The position numbers were made by a program, and so were the translations under genes. A stretch of DNA of 62,207 nucleotides. Source: Thecamonas trahens ATCC 50062 (lineage: Eukaryota > Protista > Apusomonadida). Below are positions 46,364 through 56,982 of this stretch, piece by piece. The notes under the pieces were generated by a model, which saw only the letters and a list, made by a program, of their open reading frames with translations, was not told the DNA's origin and made no database searches. How positions within the stretch are numbered: the stretch's first letter is position 1; each line of letters starts with the position of its first letter. The DNA is taken from assembly GCF_000142905.1 (NCBI RefSeq), contig NW_013657635.1, forward strand, positions 188,100 to 250,306. Direction: 5' to 3'.

Positions 46364-49006
46364 CTATGTCTCTGCGGCGCCGCCAGAGCAAATGGCGTGA
46401 ATGAGGGCTGGCATGTTGGAGTCGGCAAGAGCCTTGCGGCAGGCGGCGATGACACGCTTTGCGGGCTCGCCGCGGCGGAGCCTTGCGGCACGCTGGATCA
46501 TGCGGTGGACGTCGCGGAGCTTTTCGAGAAGGGCGCTGTGGTTGTTCTTGCGCTTGGTAAACTCTGTAAGGAGGTCGCGGTTGAGAGCAGCAAGGGCCGA
46601 GTAGTGCTGCTTCATGGCGTGCATGTCGCCGAGAATGCGGGCGTCTTCGGCCTTGACGACGAGGGTCTTTGCCAGGTTAGCGGTCTCGGCCATGTCAGTG
46701 GAGAGCTTCTGGCGTGTCGAGTGGAAGGCCTTGACTTGAGTGAGCGTGGAAGAGAAGGCTGCCATGAGCGAGGGGAACTCGGCCTGCGAATCGACGTGGT
46801 CGAGGTGCAGAAAGTCGGCGAGGTCCTGGACGAGCTCGCCGAGGAACTCGATCGAGTGCGACTTGAGATGGAGCAGGCCGCGGTCCTCAAAGAACTGAAT
46901 GCCGACGATGTGGCCGTCGCGAAGGGAAGAGAGGGCAATGTCCATGCCAGAGGCCTCGACGTTGAGGCCATTGAAGAGGAAGCGCGAGCGGAGCCAGACG
47001 TAGAGCTGCGAGGCGCGCTCGGCGATGCGGACAACAATCCCCTCATTGGGGATCTGGACGGCGGCCTTGTCGACCGGGAGGTAGGCAGCGAAGCGCGGGA
47101 AGCGGATGCGGTCAGAGAAGACCTGGAAGAAGGAGGCGCCGCGGTAGCCAACGAGCGAGGTGACGTCGACGTACTGCTCGGTGTCCTTCTGCGGGATGAT
47201 GGCGACGCGGACGGAGGAGAGGGCCTCGTCAGGGTGGACAAGCATGGATTGCTGCTCAAAGAGGTGGTCTGCGGTGAGGGTGACGGCGGCGAGCACGGTC
47301 TCGTTGGAGGTCTCGACGACGAGGTCGACCGAGTTTGTGGAGTAGTTGGGAACGAGGGTAATGTCGACACGTGTGTTGGTGGGGACGAGCTCCTCGTCGG
47401 GAGTGGCGTCGGCCGACTTGAAGCGGGCCGTGTTTGAGCTGGTGGTCTGGAGCTGGTGCGAGAGGCGGTGCTTCTCCTCGAGGAGTGCGTCGAGCTTCTC
47501 CTGCAGCGGATCCTTGCCGAGAATGGCGGTGGCGCGAGCGGCGGAGATCTTGTGAGAGGAGAGCTCGTGCGGGGCGAGCGGGGTCGGCGAAGGGCGCGGC
47601 GACATTGAAGCGTCGGCAGAGGCTGCCTTGGCACCGTCGTCGCCGTCGACGGTGTCGGCAAAGCCGAGGTGAGCGTTTGCGTCGGGGCGGGTGGGCGGCT
47701 CGTCCAGTGGGGCATCGCCGCGGAGCGCGGCAAGGGTGGCGGCGCCCTCGCCGTGGACGTCTTCTGCGCGGTAGCCGCGGATGGCGCCGTTGACGCAGAC
47801 GACGACGAGCTGGTCTTTGCCCTCGCAGCGGTAGTCTGCCACGAGGAGGGCGGCGATGCCGTCGTCCATCTTTTCGACGTACATGAGCTTGCCCGTGTCC
47901 TGGCGGCGGACCTGGAGGGTGCCGTCGGCAAAGCCGGTGACGATCTCGGCCACGCCGTCCATGTCGAGGTCAAAGGCGACTTGGGCGGTGGGCGGATGCC
48001 GGTCGCCTGTGTCCACAGCCGCTTTGTGCGGTGGTAGGCGCCGATGGAGCCGTCACGGAGGGCAAAGGCGTAGACAAACTCGTGCATGGCGGTGAGGGCC
48101 ACGATTTCGGCCGATTCTGTGATTTCCGAGATGACCTCGTCGTCCTTGTAGATGCGGATCTCGTAGTCCTCCGAGCCGACAAGCAGCTCGGGGATGCCGT
48201 CGCCCTCGACGTCGCACATCTCGAGCGCAGTCACGTTATCGCCGGTGACGGTCCAGTACTGCTCCTTGCCCTCGACGTCAAAGCCCTGCAGCGAGCAGTT
48301 GCCGCCGACGTAGACCAGTGGCGAGCGCGGCGCGCCTGCGCCATCAGCAGCGGCGCCCGGCGGCAGGCCGATGACCAGCGAGAAGACACCGTCCTCGACC
48401 TCCTTGTACAGCACGTCTGCATTCTCCTGGACATCGTACATCAGCAGCAGTGTCTCCGTGCCCATGACCAGCACGTCGCGGCCGTCGCTCACCAGCGGGC
48501 CCGTGGCAAGGGCGGTGAGCGTGAGGTTGACGGCGAGGAACGAGACCTCGGTCCCGCCGGCCGGCCCATGCGGAGCGTGAACGCCGACCTTGCCGCCGGA
48601 TGTAGCAAAGACGAGCGATGGCGTGCGGCCGTCGACTGTGTCGCGAAATGGCGCAGAGTCGACCAGACCAAGTCGTTGCCAGAGACGGCCACGTCCGGTA
48701 CGAGGACGAGGACGAGGACGATATCCGCAGCAGCAGCAAAGCCCAGCAAAGCACATAGAACCACAGAAAGTACGTGAGTATGCCGCCTGCCCTCCCTCCC
48801 CTGCGCCACCAACCCCCCACTGCCCCACTGCCGACCACCCACTGCCGTCCCCCCCCCCCACCCCCCGGGCCCCCCCCCCCCCCCCCCGGCCCCCTCGCCC
48901 TCTCCCCTTCCCCTCCTCTGCCTGGCGACGTACACTTGCCAATGGCCACCAGACCCTCCCGCACAGTGTGCGGAAGTTTGAAGCGGAAGGCCGGAGTGAG
49001 GGACAT
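46364..49006 (-). CDS. BBS2: Bardet-Biedl syndrome 2 protein (BBSome); exons 49006-48934 and 48635-46364
   Basis: Spliced N-terminus MSLTPAFRFKLPH..VAIGK-FDG..ATSGGKV; VGGNCSLQGFD..YWTVTGDNV; ELLVGSEDYEIRIY; VKAEDARILGD. One missing base near 48000. Confidence 0.95.
48636..48933 (-). other. Predicted spliceosomal intron (298 nt, phase 1) of BBS2
   Basis: GTACGT...CAG with TACTCAC at 48780-48774; splicing restores the conserved G(K/R)(F/Y)DG. Confidence 0.9.
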
Positions 49007-49097
49007 CCACCTGCACAGCTCCCCGGGGGTGTGTGGAGAGGGGTGGGGGGGTGGGGAGGTGCGGAGCGGGCGATCAACGCCTGTGTGGACCATTGCT

Positions 49098-49266
49098 GTG
49101 ACCATTGATTGTGGTGATGGGTGACCATTGATTGTGGTGATGGGTGACCATTGATTGTGGTGGTGGGTGACCATTGATTGTGGTGGTGGGTGACCATTGA
49201 TTGTGGTGGTGGGTGACCATTGATTGTGGTGGTGGGTGACCATTGATTGTGGTGGTGGGTGACCAT
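49098..49266. repeat. 23-nt tandem repeat x7 (gtgaccattgattgtggtg(a/g)tgg) between divergent BBS2 and TMEM135
   Basis: CATTGATT at 49103, 49126, 49149, 49172, 49195, 49218 and 49241. Confidence 0.95.
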
Positions 49267-49348
49267 GGGCCAACCCAGCCAGCCAGAGTCAGGCTCTTTC
49301 CCCTCCCCTCCCCTCCCCCCACTCCTCCACCCCTCTCCCCCTCCCACC

Positions 49349-50866
49349 ATGTCCCTCCCCCCCTGCTTCCGCCCGGGCGTAGACCCACCCACCGACGCCG
49401 TCGTCACCGCACTCGCCCCTGCCTCCGCCACTGCCTCCACCCCGGCCCTCTCCTCGGCCCTGTCGGCCCTCGCCTGGCGGACGGCTCGGGCAGCTGCCAT
49501 CGGCTACGGCCTGCCCTCGCTCCTCGCTGCTCTGCCCAAGATCGTCCGTCTGCTGGCAAAGCCCTCGATCGCCCGGCTAAAGGCCACACTCCTCGCCATT
49601 GTCACCAACACCGGCCCCATCCGATGGGCCGCCTTTCTCGCCGCATACGTCTCGCTCATTCGCGCACTCATCATCGCCGCCCGCGCCGCCGTCCTCCTCG
49701 CCCCGGCATCGTCCTCCTCCTCCTCCTCCTCGTCGTCATCGCTGGCGCCGACGTGGTTCTCGCGCAAGGCGCTTGAAGCCCGCATCCTTCCTTACTCGGG
49801 CGCCATCATCGGGAGCATCGCTGGCGGTATCGCCATGGCTGCCCTCCCGCCGGCGTCGCGGACGACGTTCGCCATCTTTGCGGCTGTGCGCGCCATTGAG
49901 GTCGCCGGGCGGTGGGGCGTGCAGCGTGGCGTGCTCCCGGCTTGGCGGCACGTAGACGCAGCCCTGTTTATTGTACCGTCGACGCACCTGCTGTTTGCCT
50001 GGATGTTTGCCGCCGACTCGGTCGATCCTTCGTACATGCGGTTCCTCAACCACCATGGGCAAAAGTCGCCGCCGGTCTACGACGCCGTCCGCCACATCTT
50101 TGCCTCGCCTCGCGGCTTTCTCGACGTCGACGTTGATCCCATCAACGCCGAGCGCGAGGCTGCGGGCTATCCGGCCGTCGGCTCGCTCTTCCACCCGCAC
50201 GTCTTCCACCACATCCATCACCCAGACGAGCCGGACTCGTGCTCCCGCGCCCTAATGCGGTTCTTCATCCGCGCGCTTCCGCGCTCGGCGGCTGTCTATC
50301 TTCCGGTCTTCACCCTCCCGCTCCTCCTCCTCCGCCCGACCGCCCTCCTCACCTCGCCGCTTGTCACTCTCCTCAAGCTCGCCCGCAACGTGGGGCAGGC
50401 CACAGTCTTTCTCTCGACCTACACCACGCTCGCATGGGCGACGGTCTGCACCTTTACCCGATACACCTCGCTCCGCTCGCCGCTGCTGGCGGCGGCAGCC
50501 GGATTCGTCGGCGGCTTTGCCATCTTTCTGGAGCGCAAGTCGCGCCGCCTCGAGCTCGGCCTCTACATGCTGCAGTACGCGCTCGGCTCGTGGTACCGCA
50601 TCGGCGCCGCTGCCCGCCTCCTTCCGCGCCTCCGCCGCGGCAACATCCTCGTCTTTGCCGCAGCCTCGGCCGTCCTCGTCCAGGCCCTCCTCTCGCGGCC
50701 TGCACTCCTCCGGCCGTCGTACTACTCGGCGCTGCGGTTCTTTGTCGGCAAGACACGCTCGGCCGCCGAGGACACGCTCGACGCTGCGCTGCGTGCGGGC
50801 ACAAACTCGGCCTCGCCCGAACCGGCTCGCACCGAGGACTCGCACCGCTCGCTATCCGCGGTCTGA
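49349..50866 (+). CDS. TMEM135: TMEM135-family (Tim17-like) membrane protein
   Basis: D.SY.RFL..HG, IHHP...C, VYLPV, FLSTY and FLERKSRRLELGLY; multiple TM helices. Confidence 0.82.
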   Translation: MSLPPCFRPGVDPPTDAVVTALAPASATASTPALSSALSALAWRTARAAAIGYGLPSLLAALPKIVRLLAKPSIARLKATLLAIVTNTGPIRWAAFLAAYVSLIRALIIAARAAVLLAPASSSSSSSSSSSLAPTWFSRKALEARILPYSGAIIGSIAGGIAMAALPPASRTTFAIFAAVRAIEVAGRWGVQRGVLPAWRHVDAALFIVPSTHLLFAWMFAADSVDPSYMRFLNHHGQKSPPVYDAVRHIFASPRGFLDVDVDPINAEREAAGYPAVGSLFHPHVFHHIHHPDEPDSCSRALMRFFIRALPRSAAVYLPVFTLPLLLLRPTALLTSPLVTLLKLARNVGQATVFLSTYTTLAWATVCTFTRYTSLRSPLLAAAAGFVGGFAIFLERKSRRLELGLYMLQYALGSWYRIGAAARLLPRLRRGNILVFAAASAVLVQALLSRPALLRPSYYSALRFFVGKTRSAAEDTLDAALRAGTNSASPEPARTEDSHRSLSAV

Positions 50867-50881
50867 GCCTCAGTCTCAGCC

Positions 50882-53800
50882 TCAGCCTGCCGCCTCCCAG
50901 TACCGCACAAACTGGTCGCGGACAAACGGCGAGGTCTGGCTCAGCAGCGATTCAAAGCCGTCGCTGCCGACCTGGTTCTGGAGCACGCCGAGCTGCTCCG
51001 CCACATACTCGCGGAGCGGCGTGGCAACGACAGCATCGGCCGCCCACAGTGCCGCCCGGCGCTGCGCCTCGGGCTCGGCCTCGCGCCCGCCCGCTGTCGG
51101 GTGCTGGGTCGAGAGGCTGAGGATCGAGTCGCGGAGCGCGGCGGCACGACCGTTGCTCTCCTCGTCGGCGGCGGCGTCGAGGAGCGACTCGGAGGCTGCA
51201 AACATGGCGTCAAAGCCGCGGCCGCGGCCGTTGCGCGGCGCGCAGGCGCCGCCAGCGGCGGCGGCCCCAGCTCCGGCGGACGCCTGCAGTTGCGCCAGAA
51301 TCGGCGACGGCGTGCCGGGCTCAGACTCGTAGAGTACTGTGACAATTACAGCCACAAGAGCACCAAAGCGCGGCGCGACAAGTGATGGGACGGCCATCAG
51401 CGAGGCCAGTGCCATGCACGTCGCCTTGCGCTCCGACGGCTCGGTCACCTCCTCCCACCGCGCCAGCCACACGTCCAGAAACGCGCCCATGGCGGCCTCG
51501 CCGCCCGAGTCGGCAAAGAGGCCCGAGAAAAACGACGGCGCAACAAGGCAGACCCGGGCGATGAGGACGAGGTACTTGGCGCAGAGCACCGAGGGAACTT
51601 TGCCGTTGAGCAAGTCGCCCACAGCCTTGGTCACCACCTCGCCAAAGAGCGCCGGCCCGCCCGACGGCCAGACCTGGAGCAGCGTGATGACGCTCGGGAG
51701 GACGGTGGCCATGCCGTCGTCGCCGCGTCCGTAGCCCATCAGCCGCATCAGCGCGTCTGCCACCTCGGACCCGCGAGCCTCCAGGAAGGCCGGCCCGCCG
51801 AGGACCGCGTACGACTCGAGGATCTTGCAGCACGAGACGAGCTCGCCGAGGCCCGAGTGCGAGAGCGCCAGTGCGCGTGGGAGGAGCCCCAGCAGCGCAG
51901 CCGACATGGGCTCGCGCGCAACCTTGAGTGTCTCCTCCCACAACGTTAGGCCTTCGTCCATGAGATACACCCCGTGCGGCGCCGGCTCGGTGCAGTACTC
52001 GATGAGCGGGAGGACAAAGTCGTCGATAAACGCAGCCTCGACGCCGAGCGCCGCCACCACCTTGATGGTCGTGTTGACGATGGCCGGCTTGAGATTGACG
52101 TACTCGTCACACACGTTCCACAGCTCCGGCAGCGTCGACGCCAGCGACGACGCCAGGCCGCGGACCTTGCCACCCATCCGGTCGAGAATGAGCGAGATGG
52201 TGCGAATGCAGAGGAGCTTGTTCTCGGCCTCGCCCGATTCGGCCACCACCTTGAGGAGGCCCTCGAGCGCGAGCGCGGCGTAGCCGGCAAAGCCCTCGGC
52301 CTCAAAGTCCCAGTCGTTGATGAGGTGCCAGAGCGCGGCGCTCGCCGCCAGCTTGCACACCATGTCCTCCGAGCCGGTCAGGACGTCAACAACGAGCTCG
52401 TAGGCCGCGCTCCGCGCTCTCGGCTCCTTGAACGACGGCAGCCAGTGCTCGATGAGCCCAAGGATACGGGCGGTGATGATGGGCGCGTACGACGAGCTCG
52501 TCCGCGCCTCGCCCACCAGCCCGTCGGTGAACCACGAGGCAAACGGGACGGCGTCGGCGAGCTCCCATGACGAGATGCCGGCGCAGCGGTAGGCCACATC
52601 CTTCATCAGCACCTCGTCAAGGCTGTCGAGACTCGCATTCGCGGCCTGCGAGAGCATTGAGAGCAGTGCTGGCGAGACAAGGTCGAAGCAAGTCTTAACC
52701 CAGGCCACCACCAGCGCATCGGCCGCCGGGCGGACGTCGACCTCGGCGTTGAGCGCGTCGCCGCGGAGAACGTAGCCTTCAGGATCGTCGCCCCACAGCG
52801 CGAGGTCGTTGGCACAGAGCGGGAGAAGCCGCGACGAGACCAGCTCGAGCAGCTCGAGCAGACGTGGCGACGTGTCGTCCTCGCTCCTCGCGCCGGACGA
52901 GCAGAGAAAAGCCTCGATGGTCTCGCCGGCGGCACGCAGCGCTACGCCGGCCTGCGGCTGGCTCCGGACCAGACTCCGGAGCATGGCTGAGCTGAAGACC
53001 GACGGTGAGGCCCGCCACAGAGCTGTTGATGCCGAGATGGTGCTCCCGTCGCCGGCAGCCTCGCCCGGCGGCGGCAGCAGCGCCACGTAGTCGAGCACGC
53101 CCGTCTCAAACTGCAGCATGAGAATGAGGTACGACTGCATAAAGTGCGAGAGGCTCGAGACGTCGTCCTCGAAAAAGGTGAGCGAGGCCAGAGCGTCTTG
53201 CAGCGAGTCATGGTAGTAGTGAAGGAATGGCTGGAGGATACCGGCAAACGAGAGAGGGTGGGCAACGAGGACCTCGCTTGGGACGGCAAGAATCTCCAGT
53301 ACCGTGGCCTGGGCCGACCGGCCGAGCTCAGCAGCCTCAGAGGCGTTGCCGGCAGGGCCGAGGAGCGATGGCAGTGTCTCGAGGAGGGTGCCGAGCCAGG
53401 TCACCGTCGGTGAGGAGTCGGAGAACGAGGTCACGCCGTGGACCACCAGCTTGGTCAGCACGCGGTTAGCATACAGCAGGACCACGAGCGCGTCCTCGAC
53501 GCCCGCCACGGCGTCGGCACTTGCCCCGCCGCGAGCAATCTGCTCCAGACCGACAGCCACCTCCTCGGCACCCGATCGCCACACCGACGTCAGCATGGGG
53601 AGCAGCTCGCTCGCCAGCTGGCCAAGCAGCTGGCGGGTGGCCGAGGCCTCCGACTCACCCTCGGGAACAGGCGCCCACCGGCGAGTGGCGCCGCCTGCTT
53701 TGCGCGACGAGACCAGCTCTTCGGCCACAAAGAAAAGGCAAGCAGGGCGTTGACGAGGCCAAGACGATGCTGCGGGTTGGCCAGGCCTTCGACCAGTGTG

Positions 53801-54279
53801 GGCAGCAACTCATTCCAAGCGCCGCGAGCCAGATCGACGCGAGCCATACGACCGACGGCGCCAGCCACAAAGTTAGCGATCTTTGGAGCGCCAGCAAACG
53901 CGGTAGGTGACGCCAGAGCAGCAAGGAGGAGCTCCCTCACATGGACCTGTTCCTCATCTGAAGCACTTCTCCAAGCAGCATCCACAGCTTGTCGTAGGAG
54001 GACAGCCGTCATGGTGCGAACGTTTTCAGGCAGACGGCGACCAGCGGCATAAGCAGCATACGCTTGACTATGGCTCTCATCATATCCATGACCAGCACCA
54101 TCGTCATCATCATCACCATCATCCATGCCAGCCGTCACCAGGGTAGCAAGCGCTGCACAGAAGCCCGCCGTGGTCTGCAGACGGCTGAGTGCCTCCGACG
54201 CAGGCTCACGCTCGCTTGGCTCATGGCTAAGGGATGCCACCAGGAGTGGGAGCACTGTGTCGGGGGTGGGGGTGGTCAT
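50882..54279 (-). CDS. IPO11: Importin-11 / Kap120-like importin-beta
   Basis: IBN_N-like start, GRMARVDL..AWNELLPTL, DLALWGDDPEGY, MKDVAYRCAG..WEL..FASWF, LINDWDF and YLMDEGLTLW. One missing base at 53733-53736 joins the two ORFs. Confidence 0.87.
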
Positions 54280-55287
54280 GGTGCTGTGTGTGTGGTGGGG
54301 GGGGGGGGGGGGTGGGGGTGGGGGGGGGGCGGGAAGGGGGTGAGGTGGTGGTGGATGCGAGTTGACCAGCTGTGTTTTGGCTGTGGCGACGGAAGGGGGG
54401 GAGGGGGGGGATCGGATCGGATCGGATCCGGAGGGGAGGGGATGAGGGGGATGTGGTTTGGTGGTGGTGGTGGTGGTGGTGGTTGGTCTCTGGGCTGGGG
54501 TAGGCGGGGTGGGGGGATGTGGGAGATCGGCATCGAGGTCAGGGATGGGGAAAGGGTAGGGGATTGGGTGAGGAGGAGGGGAGGGGGGAGGGAAGGGGGA
54601 AGAGGAGAGTTGGTAGGCGTTTGGGGTAGGTTGGGGGTATGGATGCGATGGTTACGGCCTTTGTGTGCTTGTCTGGCTGCTAGATCGTGGCGATGTGGAG
54701 CCTCCGATCATCTGAGAAGATTGGATTCGGTCCATCGACGATGGACGTCGATTCTTCACATTCAATCGCAGGTCCAAGGCACCGTATGTTGGTCTAGCCG
54801 CATGCTGCGGTCCGAACATCCGCAAACTAGAGGGGGGCAAGGCTGTATGCGATGAGATACGCTGCGCCATCGCTCTCGTTGAGACTGTGAGTCATGTCGA
54901 AAACAGAGCAAACATAGATCTAACTGATCATGTCTTCTTTGTCCTTATCACCCGCCGCGGCAATCTCACCAAAACACTCCCTCCCCCCCCCCTCCCCTCC
55001 CCGCCCTCCCCTCCCCCCATACCCGAACACACATCTCCATCGTACCTCCATCAAGTCGATTAGCCATGGCGATCGGATTGCCTTCGGATTGCCATCGGTC
55101 CGCCGTATTCACCGATTAGCCGATTGTGCCATCAGTCGTTGGCCGTCGGGTCAGTCGTCGGCTGTCGACCGCCAGCAACGGACTCGCCGGCGTCCTCCCA
55201 CCCCCCCCCGCCACCCCCCGCATCTCTCCGCACACGCCCACCACCTCACGCACCCCACCCCATCCCACCCCATCCCCATCCCATCCC

Positions 55288-56778
55288 ATGGCTCTGCTCG
55301 AGCGGGTAGTCTCCCATCCCGAGCGCGAACTTGGTGGACGGACACCCGAGCAGGTAGGCCCACCTCCCCTCCCCTCCCCTCCCCTCCCCTCCCCTCCCCT
55401 CCCCTCCCCTTCCACCCGCATCATCTCACTCACTCACCCCCTCTCCGCACACCCTTCTCCCCACGGCGGACAGGTCCGTGAGCTGTACCTGGGACACAAG
55501 GGCATTCAAAAACTGTCCGGATTTGAACGGTTTCGCTTTCTCAATGATCTGTATCTGGAGGGAAATGCACTGGTCCGACTTACGCGCATCTCTCACTTGA
55601 CGAGACTGACCACACTCTCGGTCCACAACAACATGCTGACGGTCATTGATGGGGTGTTGTCGTCGATGCCGTGTTTGGAGGTTCTGCTGCTGCATCGGAA
55701 CCAGTTGCGCGGCCTTCACCGCGTGGCAAAGGAACTCGCGCCGCTCAAGTATCTGACCACGCTCACGCTGTTCGGCAACCCCGTGGAGGAGGAGCTGGGC
55801 TATCGCAGGGTGGTGGTGACCTCATGCAAGGCGCTCACCATCTTTGATCGCAAGCGGGTGACCCAGAGAGAGCGGAGGCGGTGTGACAAGCTCGGCCCGC
55901 TGGACGCGCCACGAACAGCCATGCTGCTCTCGCCGTCGCGGATGTTGGCGACAGGACGCGGGCGGTCGCTGCCGCCGCTGCTGGGTGAAACGTCTCCGGC
56001 GATGCGGGCATCAGAGGACTCGCTGACGCCGCTGTATCTGCGCTCTGGAAGGGCACACCGGCTGGCCCGCCGGCGCCGCACTGTGCGGCGCGGTAGGAGC
56101 GGCGGAAGTGGGAGCGACGGCGGGAGCGGGAGTGGCGACGGCGGGCGGGTGGCGTTCTGGACCACAGCCAAGCCGCGGCACCCCGAGCCGCCACCCCACT
56201 GCCGCCCGCAGCTTGTTGTCCGCGACCTCTTCCGCCGGGTTGAGGCCATTCAGCAGCGCGAGGAGCGCGAGGAGCTCGAGGAGCTGACCAAGATGTTCGA
56301 AGAGCAAACAAGGGCGGAGATTCAGGCGCATCGGCGGTCGCGGACGGTTCCACTGCCCAAGTCTCTTGACTTTCTCGGCGCACGGCGAGCGGAAGCCGGC
56401 GGCGGTGGCGGTGGCGGTGGCGGTGGCAGTGGCAGAGGCGACGAGGCCGAGCCGGCTCAGCCGGCCGAGACCGGTCCGGCTCGCGGCTGCGGCCTGCCGC
56501 CGACCCCGTTTGTGTACAAGATGTACGAGTGGGAGGTGGAGCTCGACGACGAGCCCGGCGAGTCGCGCCCTGGATCTCCAGCTTCGTCCAATGGGTCTTC
56601 GATCGCCGCACCGCGTCCACTCGCCGCCGTCAAGCGGACAGCCATCTCATCGTCGTTTGCCCACCTCCACGTCCGCGAGGCCATCCATGCCGATCCGCAG
56701 CGGTACGTACGGTACCGACAGCGCAAGGCGCGCAAACAGGCCAAGCCACAGCTCAAGCAGTCGATATTGACTGTGTAG
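55288..56778 (+). CDS. LRRC72: LRRC72-like LRR protein; predicted in-frame intron 55354-55473
   Basis: VRELYL..LYLEGN..LLLHRNQL..VAKEL..LTLFGNPV..YRRVV..FDRKRVTQRER. Intron GTAGGC...CAG (120 nt) with CACTCAC branch. Confidence 0.75.
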   Translation: MALLERVVSHPERELGGRTPEQVGPPPLPSPPLPSPPLPSPSTRIISLTHPLSAHPSPHGGQVRELYLGHKGIQKLSGFERFRFLNDLYLEGNALVRLTRISHLTRLTTLSVHNNMLTVIDGVLSSMPCLEVLLLHRNQLRGLHRVAKELAPLKYLTTLTLFGNPVEEELGYRRVVVTSCKALTIFDRKRVTQRERRRCDKLGPLDAPRTAMLLSPSRMLATGRGRSLPPLLGETSPAMRASEDSLTPLYLRSGRAHRLARRRRTVRRGRSGGSGSDGGSGSGDGGRVAFWTTAKPRHPEPPPHCRPQLVVRDLFRRVEAIQQREEREELEELTKMFEEQTRAEIQAHRRSRTVPLPKSLDFLGARRAEAGGGGGGGGGGSGRGDEAEPAQPAETGPARGCGLPPTPFVYKMYEWEVELDDEPGESRPGSPASSNGSSIAAPRPLAAVKRTAISSSFAHLHVREAIHADPQRYVRYRQRKARKQAKPQLKQSILTV

Positions 56779-56982
56779 CCACAATCCCCCCCCCCCTCCC
56801 CTGCATACATACACCTCTACTTGCGTCTGATTTGCTCCCTCCCCCCCTCCCTCCTCTCCCCTCGTGGGCCTCTGTCCGGCAGTCGGCCCGGCCACCGACC
56901 ACCACCGCACTCCCGTCCCTCCCCCCCCCCCCCCCCCCCCATCCCCCGCCCCCCCGTGCAGGCTATCGGCCAGGCTGTGGCC

